DNA from: Gemmatimonadales bacterium
GTDB taxonomy: Bacteria > Gemmatimonadota > Gemmatimonadetes > Gemmatimonadales > GWC2-71-9
Direction of reading: 5' to 3'
DNA length: 64,000 nt
NCBI GenBank assembly: GCA_035559715.1
Contig: DATMAW010000161.1
Coordinates: 2,271 to 66,270 of the forward strand
Both the position numbers and the translations under genes were made by a program. The notes beneath the pieces are model-generated. The model was not told where the DNA came from, ran no database searches, and saw only the letters and a program-made list of their open reading frames with translations. Positions 54,983-63,985 of this stretch are shown here, piece by piece. Numbering within the stretch: position 1 is the first letter of the stretch; each line of letters begins with the position of its first letter.

Positions 54983-55033
54983 CTTGCGACCCGAGCGGAT
55001 GCACTCGCCTCCGCGATGCCTATGGGCCGAGCC
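54983..55033 (+). repeat. 51-nt intergenic repeat, copy 2
   Basis: CTTGCGACCCGAGCGGATGCACTCGCCTCCGCGATGCCTATGGGCCGAGCC, located between two convergent gene ends. The ORF it initiates (MPMGRANQPPRAS...) looks non-coding. Confidence 0.95.
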
Positions 55034-55256
55034 AACCAACCACCGCGAGCATCCGCAACCGCCGCTCCGCACGTCGCCGGTCACGACTTTGCGCGCGCCG
55101 GTCCGCGTTCATCCGCCGGTCGGATCGTGCTGACCCCTGGCCCCCGGAGCCCCCAGACGTCGAATCAGATGTCATGACTGCGCGTGGCTCCTTTGAAGGG
55201 AAAGGGTCTACTGGCAATGGCCACCCGGTCGCCCACCGCAGCACCGCAAGGTGACC

Positions 55257-57788
55257 TCAAAACGCCATTCCACCCCCCACATACACCCCCAACCGCCGCT
55301 GGTCGCCGCGCACCAACGCCACCGAGGCCGTGCTCGCCCGGGTGAGCAACGAGATCCAGAACCCGCCACCCACCGCCGTGTGCCACGTATCCGCGCCCGC
55401 GGGGTCCGCGTCGTAGAACACGCGGCCGGCGTCCGTAAGGCCGAACACGCCGAAGTGCCCCGGCAAGAGCAAGAAGATTTCCGCGAGCTGAAGCCGCAAC
55501 TCGGCGTTACCGAACACCGCAGCATCACCGGCGAAACGGTTCTCTCGCCCCAGCCGCACCGTTGACCTGCCGCCCAGGAACGCGGACTCCTGGAACGGAT
55601 ACGGGCCCCAGACCTTTCGCCCGCCGGCACGCAGCGCAAGCGTCGGCACCACGGTTCCCTGGCCCGCCGACAGATAGGTGGCGGCCTCGCCTTCCACCGC
55701 ACCGAACGTGCGCGCCACGTCCCACAGATCCGGACTCACGCTCCCCTGCGCGCGAAGCAGCACGCCGCTCCGAGCCGCCGCAGGTACATCGCGCGTGTCG
55801 AGACGGAACTCCGTCCGGAGACCGGTTTGACCGAACTTTCCCGCCCCATACAGGGGCAGCAGTGTGAACAAGTACCGAGTCGGATTGGTCTCCGTGCTCG
55901 AGTACTTGGCAAATGGTCCGATCGTCCAGTCAGCGCGATCACCCAGCGGAACGACGATTGACGGTGCCAGCATGAACTGACTGTGCGCCACGCGATAGAA
56001 CTCCCTGGGGCCCGGCGCCGGCGCTTCGTTGCCGAAGCCGTGGAAGTTCAACACCTCGATCCCCGACGCGCGCGCCGCGAGCTGAAACCGCAGGCGCGAG
56101 TTGGATCGGAACAACGTTGCCCCGAGATCGCCCCTGCCGGTCCGCGCCATGGTCGCGTAGCCACCGCGCAGCTGCAACCACGACTTGAACGGCACATGGC
56201 GGAATCCGTACCCCGTGCGGAACGTGCCCGCGCCGAGGAACGCGCCCACGTCCGGCGCGTAGCTGAGCCACACCACCGGCTGCCAGCGGGCGCCCCAGTC
56301 TCGCGGCGGCACGACGCGGTCGGGGGCCCAGCCTTCCGGATGGGGCCACGGCCTCCGGTCAACCGGTACGCTGCCCGCCACGCGGTCGCCGTCCGCCGAA
56401 TACACACGCACGCCACCGGTATTAGAGGAATCCACGATCTCGTCCGCGCCGCCGCCGGCCACCACGCGCAGCGTGATGGGACTCGCCCCCCCACGCACCA
56501 CGAGGCGATCATCACCACCGTACAGATAGACTCTGATCTCGGACGTCTCGGAAGGAACGAACCGCCGGCTCAGATACGGAGTGCCGGCGGCCGGTCCGAG
56601 GGTCACCAGCACCGCGCCATCGTCGCGCCGGTCCACCATCGCCACATCCGCCGCGTCAGTGCCGTGCACGTCCGACTGCCGAGTGAGCAGGCGGTAGAAC
56701 TCCTCTGCGGCGCGTGGCAGGTCGTCGCGGCGCCGCTTGAGCGCAACCACGAGCCGCGCGCTGTCGAGCGGCCGGTACTCGGGAGGCATGGCGCCCGCGG
56801 CTCGCTCGATCACTGCATCCGTCATGCGCCGCTGAAACGCCGCCGCCGTCGAGTCCCAGACGGCCTTCTCGAGCCCGGACAGCAGGAAGCGGTCAATCTC
56901 CCGGCCGTTCCAGTTGAGCCCGAACATGCCCGGGTACTTCTCGCCGAAGTTCACGAGCAACGGCGCCGCAAGCCGCGCGATGCCGAGCATCAAGCCATCG
57001 AAGCGGGCAAACGCCTGATCGCGATCTTCCGGGAGCGCGCGCCAGCGCCGCGTGGCCCCGTCCTCGAACCGCACGAAGTTCCACTGGCCGTCGTGCCGGT
57101 CCCAGTCGCCAATGAACACGTCGAACAAGCGGGCGTTGAGCAGCGATCGCGCGTCCACCCTGTCCGCGGCACTCGCCCGAACCCTGGGCAACAGTCCGTC
57201 CGCGTCCAGGATCTCCCGCGCGCCCGCGAATGGCCTCGCTTGTTCGGTGATCGCGCGCTCCTCGATGAACCCGAGAGTGCCACGGAACCGCTCGCGGAAC
57301 TCTCCCAGGCCCGGGTCGTCTGGCAACACGACCAGGATGGGATCGGTGTGCAGGATCCCGGCGGCTTCCATCAACGGAGCCGTGATGGCAGGTCCCGCCG
57401 GATGCGCCGAGCTGATCTGATCCTGCACCAGCCGCTCGACGAACGTGCCCGTGAAGATCTCGGGCAGCACGCCGGGGTCCTTGTCTATCGAGCGGAATCC
57501 GTACAACTGCCCGTTGGCGCCGCGGAACCGCAGGGATTTCGTCTGCCGGCCGCCGCCCGCGGTGGTGGGAGTGAGACCGCCGCCGAACGTGCGGAGATCG
57601 AGCACGGGCGCGCGGATGGGCGTGGTCCAGAGCGCGCGGTACTCCGTGCCGAACAACCAGCGGTGCAGCGCGCCTGCGCCGTAGTGCTCCCCTGCTGCAA
57701 TCGTGATCGTGTCTCCGGCGGTCTGCGCCGCCACGGCGAGGGGCCACAGCACAAACCCAAGCAGGACAACGACGATCGCCATGACCAC
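55257..57788 (-). CDS. Omp85/BamA-superfamily outer membrane protein with a non-POTRA N-terminal domain
   Basis: Signal peptide MVMAIVVVLLGFVLWPLAVAAQ. The C-terminal ~330 aa is a surface-antigen (D15) barrel ending GVYVGGGMAF. The N-terminal ~450 aa is unrecognised and contains FIGDWDRHDGQWNF. Confidence 0.8.
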   Translation of the reverse strand: MVMAIVVVLLGFVLWPLAVAAQTAGDTITIAAGEHYGAGALHRWLFGTEYRALWTTPIRAPVLDLRTFGGGLTPTTAGGGRQTKSLRFRGANGQLYGFRSIDKDPGVLPEIFTGTFVERLVQDQISSAHPAGPAITAPLMEAAGILHTDPILVVLPDDPGLGEFRERFRGTLGFIEERAITEQARPFAGAREILDADGLLPRVRASAADRVDARSLLNARLFDVFIGDWDRHDGQWNFVRFEDGATRRWRALPEDRDQAFARFDGLMLGIARLAAPLLVNFGEKYPGMFGLNWNGREIDRFLLSGLEKAVWDSTAAAFQRRMTDAVIERAAGAMPPEYRPLDSARLVVALKRRRDDLPRAAEEFYRLLTRQSDVHGTDAADVAMVDRRDDGAVLVTLGPAAGTPYLSRRFVPSETSEIRVYLYGGDDRLVVRGGASPITLRVVAGGGADEIVDSSNTGGVRVYSADGDRVAGSVPVDRRPWPHPEGWAPDRVVPPRDWGARWQPVVWLSYAPDVGAFLGAGTFRTGYGFRHVPFKSWLQLRGGYATMARTGRGDLGATLFRSNSRLRFQLAARASGIEVLNFHGFGNEAPAPGPREFYRVAHSQFMLAPSIVVPLGDRADWTIGPFAKYSSTETNPTRYLFTLLPLYGAGKFGQTGLRTEFRLDTRDVPAAARSGVLLRAQGSVSPDLWDVARTFGAVEGEAATYLSAGQGTVVPTLALRAGGRKVWGPYPFQESAFLGGRSTVRLGRENRFAGDAAVFGNAELRLQLAEIFLLLPGHFGVFGLTDAGRVFYDADPAGADTWHTAVGGGFWISLLTRASTASVALVRGDQRRLGVYVGGGMAF

Positions 57789-57865
57789 GACCGGGAGAGC
57801 GATGCGCCTTAATTAGCGCCTTTCCCAGCCCGTGAGCAAGCGCGATTATGTAGAAGGCTCGTTCC

Positions 57866-58186
57866 GTGAGTGAGCGCCCTCGCGTGACCATCCGCTTCGT
57901 GATCCGTGTGGCGACGCTGTTCGCCGGCATGGCGTTCGTTTCCGCGTTAGGTCTCCAGCACACGGACCACATCCCGGCCCTTGTAGTGCTGGCGCCCGGC
58001 TATGCCGTTCAGTCGTGGCTGTTCGTGAGGGACCTGGCCCTGGGAGGGCTGGGCTATCGGCTAACCATGATCGGCGTGTCCGCTCTGTTCTGGACGCTTC
58101 TCCTGTTCGGCTCGTGGCGCGGATTGGTGTGCGTTGCCCGCAAGCTGAAGCGTTTGGACAAGCGGGCAGCAGACCGCGCGGTCTAA
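57866..58186 (+). CDS. small membrane protein (hypothetical, ~3 TM)
   Basis: GTG start; hydrophobic segments VIRVATLFAGMAFVSALGL, ALVVLAPGYAVQSWLFV and MIGVSALFWTLLLFGSW. No homology was recognised. Confidence 0.45.
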   Translation: MSERPRVTIRFVIRVATLFAGMAFVSALGLQHTDHIPALVVLAPGYAVQSWLFVRDLALGGLGYRLTMIGVSALFWTLLLFGSWRGLVCVARKLKRLDKRAADRAV

Positions 58187-58190
58187 CGCC

Positions 58191-58751
58191 ATGACCAAAG
58201 AGATCCCGCTGCTCGAACTCGCAGACCGTCGCCAATGGCGGGCGTGGCTCGAGAAAAACCACACATCGAGCCCCGGCGTGTGGCTCATGTTTCACAAGGA
58301 GCACACGGGCCGGCCAACGATCGCTTACGACGACTCGGTGCGCGAGGCGCTGTGCTTTGGATGGGTGGACAGCCTCGTCAAGCGACTCGATGCCGACCGC
58401 TACGCCCGCAAGTACACGCCGCGCACACCCACCAGCAAATGGTCGGACAGCAATCGCAAGCGCTGGACCGAGCTCAAAGCGGCAGGGCAGCTGGCCCCCG
58501 CGGGACTTGCCGCCGCGCCGACCGGCGCGCGATATGCGCCGAAGCCCTCGGTCCCCGATTTGCCGCCCTACATCGCGAAAGCGTTCAGGGCGAACGCCAG
58601 GGCGTGGAAGTTTTTCCGGGAGCTGGCGCCGACGTACCGCCGGCAGTTTGTCGCGTGGATCCACCTCGCCAGGCAACCGGCGACGCGCGAGAGGCGGATC
58701 CGCGAGTCGGTGAGACTGCTCGCCGCGGGGAAAAAGCTGGGACTCAGGTAG
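58191..58751 (+). CDS. YdeI/OmpD-associated family protein
   Basis: WRAWLEKNHTSSPGVWLMFHKEHTGRPTIAYDDSVREALCFGWVDSLVKRLD...YRRQFVAWIHLARQPATRERRIRESV is the typical YdeI (DUF1801-related) pattern. Confidence 0.8.
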   Translation: MTKEIPLLELADRRQWRAWLEKNHTSSPGVWLMFHKEHTGRPTIAYDDSVREALCFGWVDSLVKRLDADRYARKYTPRTPTSKWSDSNRKRWTELKAAGQLAPAGLAAAPTGARYAPKPSVPDLPPYIAKAFRANARAWKFFRELAPTYRRQFVAWIHLARQPATRERRIRESVRLLAAGKKLGLR

Positions 58752-58865
58752 GAAGGTGAGAGCGGCTCAGGGTCGGCGAGGGGGCGCCGCGGCGTGACCG
58801 AGTGGGTGCCCTCGCCGGAGCGATGCCGGGACGCGAACCCGGTGGCCCGGTTGGCGATCGTAGTT

Positions 58866-58916
58866 GGCTCGGCCCATAGGCATCGCGCGGGCGAGTGCAT
58901 CCGCTCCGGTCGCCAA
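58866..58916 (-). repeat. 51-nt intergenic repeat, copy 3 (inverted orientation, more diverged)
   Basis: The minus strand reads TTGGCGACCGGAGCGGATGCACTCGCCCGCGCGATGCCTATGGGCCGAGCC (6 of 51 mismatches to copy 2). The following codons, MPMGRA-NYDR..., echo copy 1 (MPMGRAALFYDR...). It lies 30 nt downstream of the cyclase-family gene stop. Confidence 0.9.
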
Positions 58917-58946
58917 CTCCTTGAAGAGCATCGCGCAGGCGAGCTC

Positions 58947-59804
58947 CTAGGACCCCGGCATCACGGCCACGATCCTGAGCGGCCCGCCCGATCCTCCCTC
59001 GATCTTCATCGGCAACGCGATCACATACGCCCCCCTCACCGGCACCCGCTCCAGATTCGCCACGTTCTCGAACCCCGGAATGTCGGCGGCGTAGAGAATC
59101 CGGTGCGTGTCGAACGTCGTTGACTGACCGTAATCAATGCTCGGCGTATCAATGCCCACCGCGTCCACACGCCGGTTGGTCACGAGCCATCGGGCGGCGC
59201 TGGAATCGATTCCGGGAAAGTGAAGCAAGGGGACCGCTTCCGGCCCGGTTCGAGCCGTGCCGAGGTAGCGTGCGCGATCGGGCCAGCGGCTTCCCCATCC
59301 GGTGCGGAACAGCACGATGGCGCCGCCGGGGATGCGGCCGTGATCCCGCTCGAACGCCTCGAGGTCCGCGACGGAGACCAGGTAGTCCGGGTTCGCCGAC
59401 GCACTCGCCGAGACATCCACGACAACCGCAGGTCCAACGAGCTGCTCGAGCGGAATCCGGTCCGTGGTGTTCCTGCCTTCCGCGAAGTGAATTGGCGCGT
59501 CGAGATGGGTGCCGCCGTGCTCGGACGTCCGGAGGTTGTTCGCCGCGTAGTAGTAGCCCGCCGGCGTCATCCCGGCGGCAACCGTGTCCAGCTTGAAGCC
59601 CTCGGCGGTGGGCCAGTAGATCGTCTGCGCGTTGAACGCGTAGCTGAGGTCCACCCACCGGGCCTCGCTGAAGGCCTCGCTCAACTCGTCGGCTTCGTCA
59701 CGATCACACGCGGCGACGGCCGGTCCGATGACGGCTACGAGGCCGAGTAAGAACCGAGACGATGTGAGCTCGAGTCTGTTCCGGGAAAAGAGGGCGCGTG
59801 CCAT
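58947..59804 (-). CDS. cyclase-family protein (kynurenine-formamidase-like metal hydrolase)
   Basis: SEHGGTHLDAPIHF metal-binding motif, GIDTPSID, and a lipoprotein-like signal (GPAVAAC). Confidence 0.85.
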   Translation of the reverse strand: MARALFSRNRLELTSSRFLLGLVAVIGPAVAACDRDEADELSEAFSEARWVDLSYAFNAQTIYWPTAEGFKLDTVAAGMTPAGYYYAANNLRTSEHGGTHLDAPIHFAEGRNTTDRIPLEQLVGPAVVVDVSASASANPDYLVSVADLEAFERDHGRIPGGAIVLFRTGWGSRWPDRARYLGTARTGPEAVPLLHFPGIDSSAARWLVTNRRVDAVGIDTPSIDYGQSTTFDTHRILYAADIPGFENVANLERVPVRGAYVIALPMKIEGGSGGPLRIVAVMPGS

Positions 59805-60103
59805 AAGTGCTCCTCATGAGACTGCCAGAGTAAGGCGGCCGAACGCAACCGCCGGGGTCGCGAAACCGCCAGCTCTTAGCTGTGTCGTGGCAATAGGATG
59901 CGAGCCAGAGCGCGCGTGCGTCAACGCCGCCTAAAGATCCCTTCACGGTCATTTCCGGCTGCGCTCCGCCGTTTTCCTTTAAATCACAACACCGAACGAC
60001 GCGAACGGCCCGCCGCGTAGCGGCACGCGGCTGCGAGGCGCCCTTGAAGCCCTCCACGCTTCCGCCCGCAAACGGGCCGCCGCGCACAGCGAGAGAGTTA
60101 CCG

Positions 60104-62029
60104 ATGACGATGACACCCGTCGCGACGGTCGCCCCCACCGCCTTGCCGGAACGCGATGAGCCGGCCTCGAAGGAACCCGCCGTGCTCCGCGTTCCCGAGC
60201 ATACGATCGAGATCGTCTCCGACTCCGGCGAGGGCGCGCAACGCTGCGGCCAGATTCTCGGCCTGGTCTCGGCCCGCATGGGGAACGGCGTGTGGACCGT
60301 GGAGATCATCCCCGCCGAGATCCAGCCACCCGCGCGCACGCCCGGCGGAGCGAGCGGCAATCGCGTTCGCATCGGCACCGAGCCGGTGACCAATTGGGGC
60401 GACGCCGCGAATCTCGTGGTGGCCTTCAACGAGCAAGTCCTGCTGGCGCGCCATCGGCTCGACGCGCTGGCCGAGGACGCGATCATCCTTCTCGAAGACA
60501 TGTGGGCGGATCACGCCGATCCGGCCATCCGTGACGCCTGGACGAAGGCCATGGCGGAGCTGTCGCAGCGGCGCTATCGGATCGTGCGCGTGCCGATGGA
60601 GGAGCAATGCCTCACGATCGTGGACGACGCGCGCCGCGGCAAGAACATGTTCGCGCTCGGACTGTTGTCGTGGGTGTACTTCCGCGACGCTGAAAAAACG
60701 CGCGCGACGATTCGCCAGGCGTTCCGTAAGAAGGCGGCCGAGGTCGCCGATCAGAACGTGCGACTGTTCGACCTGGGATACGCGTGGGCCGCCGAGCACC
60801 TCAAGTTCCGCATCGAAGTGCCCGCCAAGCCCAGCACGCGGCGCATGGTGGTGATGAATGGCAATCAGGCCGTGGCGTTGGGCGCGATTGCCGCGGGTAT
60901 GGAACTCTGCGCCATGTATCCCATCACCCCGGCAACGTCGGTGTCACACTACCTGGGCGAGATCTTCGAGAGCTACGGCGGGATCGTGCATCAGGCCGAG
61001 GACGAAATCGCGGCGGCCGGCGTGGCGCTCGGCGCCTCGTTCGCGGGGAAGACCGCGTTCACCGTGACGTCGGGACCGGGCATGGCGCTCAAGACCGAGT
61101 TCATCGGCCTCGCCATCATGACCGAAACGCCGCTCGTGGTCGTGGACGTGCAGCGGGGCGGCCCGAGCACCGGGCTCCCGACCAAGGTGGAGCAGTCCGA
61201 CTTGCTCGCCGCGCTGTTCGGCCAGCCGGGCGACGCGCCGCGCATCGTCGTCGCACCAGCCACCATCGAGGAATGCTTCCACGTCATGACCACGGCGCGC
61301 CGGCTCGCAGAAGCGTTCCGCACCGTCGTGATCGTGCTGACGGACGCGAACCTCGCCACCGGCGTGCAACCGTTCCCGCGGCCCGAGCCGCTGGCAACGT
61401 GGCAGGGGCCGCCGCCGGACCTGGCGCCGGTGCCCGAGGGCACGCGGCCCTACGAGTGGGACCCAGAGACCGGCCTCTCGCGCCGCGTGATCCCGGGGCA
61501 ACCCGCCGGGATGTTCACCGCCACCGGGCTCGCGCACGACGAGCAGAGCCGCGTGGCGTACACGCCGGAGATCAACCAGCGCGGCATGGCGATGCGGAGC
61601 CGCAAGCTCGCCGCCTTCCAGCGCACGCTCATGCCGCCCGAGGTGTACGGACCCGAGCAAGGAGACCTGCTCGTCGTGGGCTGGGGCAGCACCAAGGGCG
61701 CGATCGAAGAAGCCGTGGATCGCGCGCGCGCCGACGGCTTGAACGTCTCCGCGCTCCATATCCGTTTCCTCTCGCCGCTCGAGCCCGGACTGCGCGAGAT
61801 CTTCCGCCAGTTCCGCCGCGTTATGACGGTCGAGATCAACTACAGCGACGATCTCACCGACCCGTTGATCACCGACGAGAACCGCCGTCGCGGACAACTC
61901 GCCTGGCTGCTCCGAGCCCAGACGCTCGTGGACGTGGATTGCTGGACGCGCGTCCCCGGGCAACCACTTCGCCCCTGCATGATCCACCGCGCCATTCGCG
62001 ACCGACTCGGCGCGGGGGAGGCCACATGA
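60104..62029 (+). CDS. korA: 2-oxoacid:ferredoxin oxidoreductase, alpha subunit (fused gamma-alpha type)
   Basis: N-terminal gamma-like IEIVSDSGEGAQRCGQILG, then alpha-subunit NGNQAVALGAIAAGMELCAMYPITPATS...AEDEIAAAGVALGASFAG..AFTVTSGPGMALK. Start ATG 60104 is preferred over TTG 60044. Confidence 0.9.
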   Translation: MTMTPVATVAPTALPERDEPASKEPAVLRVPEHTIEIVSDSGEGAQRCGQILGLVSARMGNGVWTVEIIPAEIQPPARTPGGASGNRVRIGTEPVTNWGDAANLVVAFNEQVLLARHRLDALAEDAIILLEDMWADHADPAIRDAWTKAMAELSQRRYRIVRVPMEEQCLTIVDDARRGKNMFALGLLSWVYFRDAEKTRATIRQAFRKKAAEVADQNVRLFDLGYAWAAEHLKFRIEVPAKPSTRRMVVMNGNQAVALGAIAAGMELCAMYPITPATSVSHYLGEIFESYGGIVHQAEDEIAAAGVALGASFAGKTAFTVTSGPGMALKTEFIGLAIMTETPLVVVDVQRGGPSTGLPTKVEQSDLLAALFGQPGDAPRIVVAPATIEECFHVMTTARRLAEAFRTVVIVLTDANLATGVQPFPRPEPLATWQGPPPDLAPVPEGTRPYEWDPETGLSRRVIPGQPAGMFTATGLAHDEQSRVAYTPEINQRGMAMRSRKLAAFQRTLMPPEVYGPEQGDLLVVGWGSTKGAIEEAVDRARADGLNVSALHIRFLSPLEPGLREIFRQFRRVMTVEINYSDDLTDPLITDENRRRGQLAWLLRAQTLVDVDCWTRVPGQPLRPCMIHRAIRDRLGAGEAT

Positions 62030-62979
62030 CCGTCGCCTGCTCGCTGCTCTCCTGCGCCTACGAGGACGAGGACCGCGCGCTCACCATCGAGGACTACGCG
62101 GGCGCGATCCCGCGCTGGTGCCCCGGCTGCGGTGACCACGCGATCCTCACGGCCGTGGAGAAGCTGCTCGAGGCCGAGCAATTACCGCCCGAGCGTACGG
62201 TGTTCGTGTCGGGGATCGGCTGCTCCAGCCGTTTCCCGCACTACCTCAAGACGTACGGGTTCCACGGCATTCACGGCCGCGCGCTGCCCGTGGCAACCGG
62301 CATCAAGCTGCGCCGCCCCGACCTGCACGTGTTCGCCGTGATGGGAGATGGGGATTGCTGCTCGATCGGGGCCGCGCACTGGGTGCACGCCACGCGGTAT
62401 AACACGCACATGGTGGCGCTGCTGCTGGACAACGCGATCTACGGGCTCACCAAGAACCAGACGTCGCCCACCACGCCGCAAGGGTTCCCCAGCAACACGC
62501 AACCCAAGGGCACCTATCTCCGCGCGCTCAATCCGCTCACGGCGACACTCGGCGTCACCAACGCTTCGTTCGTGGCCCAAACCGCCGACTGGATACCGGC
62601 ACATCTCTACGCCACGCTGCGCGCGGCATACCACCACGGCGGCTTCGCGTTCGTGCGGATCCTCCAGCGCTGCCCCCAGTATTCGGACTCGCTGTTCACC
62701 CCCGCGGCTCGCGAGCCCGGGAGGAACCAGATCCTGGTACATCCCAACGGGATCACGGTGCCGGAGCTGGATCACGTCTATCGTAACCGGTTGGAGCACG
62801 ATCCCAGCGACCTCCACCGGGCCCGCGAACTGGCCGAAGATGCAAGCGTGTTCCGGCTGGGTCTGTTCTACCGCGATGCCGCCGCGCCGCGGTACAACGA
62901 GATCCGCGCCGTGCCGCAGCGCACGCCCGCGGAGAAGGTCGAGCTGCTGGATCGAGAGCTGGATCGCTATGCCGTCTGA
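62026..62979 (+). CDS. korB: 2-oxoacid:ferredoxin oxidoreductase, beta subunit (TPP-binding)
   Basis: The start ATG overlaps the korA stop (ATGA at 62026). WCPGCGDHAIL, SGIGCSSRFP and MGDGDCCSIGAAH are canonical KorB motifs. It is embedded in the long track ORF 60784..62979. Confidence 0.9.
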   Translation: MTVACSLLSCAYEDEDRALTIEDYAGAIPRWCPGCGDHAILTAVEKLLEAEQLPPERTVFVSGIGCSSRFPHYLKTYGFHGIHGRALPVATGIKLRRPDLHVFAVMGDGDCCSIGAAHWVHATRYNTHMVALLLDNAIYGLTKNQTSPTTPQGFPSNTQPKGTYLRALNPLTATLGVTNASFVAQTADWIPAHLYATLRAAYHHGGFAFVRILQRCPQYSDSLFTPAAREPGRNQILVHPNGITVPELDHVYRNRLEHDPSDLHRARELAEDASVFRLGLFYRDAAAPRYNEIRAVPQRTPAEKVELLDRELDRYAV

Positions 62980-63985
62980 TCCCCGTACCGCCGCGGCACT
63001 GGAGGCGCTCGCACCCGCGATCGCCTCGTTCAGAGCGCTGCTGCAATCCACAGCGACCGAGGTGGAGCACCGGCTCGTGGCCATCACCACCACCGCCGAA
63101 GATCGCGCGGGCCGCATGGCGGGCGAGCTGGGGCCGTTCGGGGCCGGCCGCGTGGACGTGGCGCGTCTCGCCGCCCTGCTGCAGCAGCCGGAGGCGACGA
63201 ACGGCCACATGCTGGAGACCGTGGAGCACGCGCTCGCCACGCTGCGCGAGCTGACCATGTCGGAGAACGGCGTGCACGTGATCGAGGTGCCCCCCGGCGA
63301 GCGGCTCCAGGACGCGGTGGAGTGGGCGCTGGCGCGGATCGGGCGTGCGTTCGGCGCAGCGCGGGCCGTGGCAGCGGTGCGGGCGGGCAACTACCGGTTC
63401 GCGGACCACGCGCGCTCGCTCGGATCGTTTGCCTTCGGTCGGTGGACACGCACGGAACGCATGCTCGCACCGCCGCTCGTCGTGCAGGTCAACGGCTCCG
63501 AGCTGAACGCGGCGGGGCTCGCCGCATACCTCGACGGGAATCTGAAGATCGTGCTGGTGGTGATCGGTCCCTGCTCGCCCGCACCGCTCGCTCGCCTAGT
63601 CACGCCCGGCACGTTCGTGATGCAGACCAACGACCCCGCGCGGCTGAAGCGTCTCGCAGAGTGGAATGGCCCAGGGATCGCCGCCCTGGTGCCGGATGGC
63701 TGCGCGCGGTTCGCGCACGATCCGGCCGCGACGGGCGCGCGACTCGTGATTGACCACCTGCCGGACGCCGCCGCGCGTCGCCCGATTGGCGGGCTTTCCG
63801 TGGCGCAACAGCAGGAAGAGCTACGGTTGCTTTCGACGCTCGCTTCGACTCCGCCCGCTGCGGTGAGTGCCGCGCCCGCCGCAGAAGGCAACGGAGCTGC
63901 CTCCGCCACCCCCGCCCCCACGGACCCGGCCGCCAAACTCGCGGCCTGGCTCCTGTCCCAGGCCGACCTCTCCGACGTGGGCTGA
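62969..63985 (+). CDS. hypothetical protein translationally coupled to korB
   Basis: ATG 62969 overlaps the korB 3' end by 11 nt. 338 aa, Ala/Leu-rich, with no motif I recognise (…GNYRFADHARSLGSFAFGRWTRTERMLAPPLVVQVNGSEL…). Confidence 0.6.
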   Translation: MPSDPRTAAALEALAPAIASFRALLQSTATEVEHRLVAITTTAEDRAGRMAGELGPFGAGRVDVARLAALLQQPEATNGHMLETVEHALATLRELTMSENGVHVIEVPPGERLQDAVEWALARIGRAFGAARAVAAVRAGNYRFADHARSLGSFAFGRWTRTERMLAPPLVVQVNGSELNAAGLAAYLDGNLKIVLVVIGPCSPAPLARLVTPGTFVMQTNDPARLKRLAEWNGPGIAALVPDGCARFAHDPAATGARLVIDHLPDAAARRPIGGLSVAQQQEELRLLSTLASTPPAAVSAAPAAEGNGAASATPAPTDPAAKLAAWLLSQADLSDVG

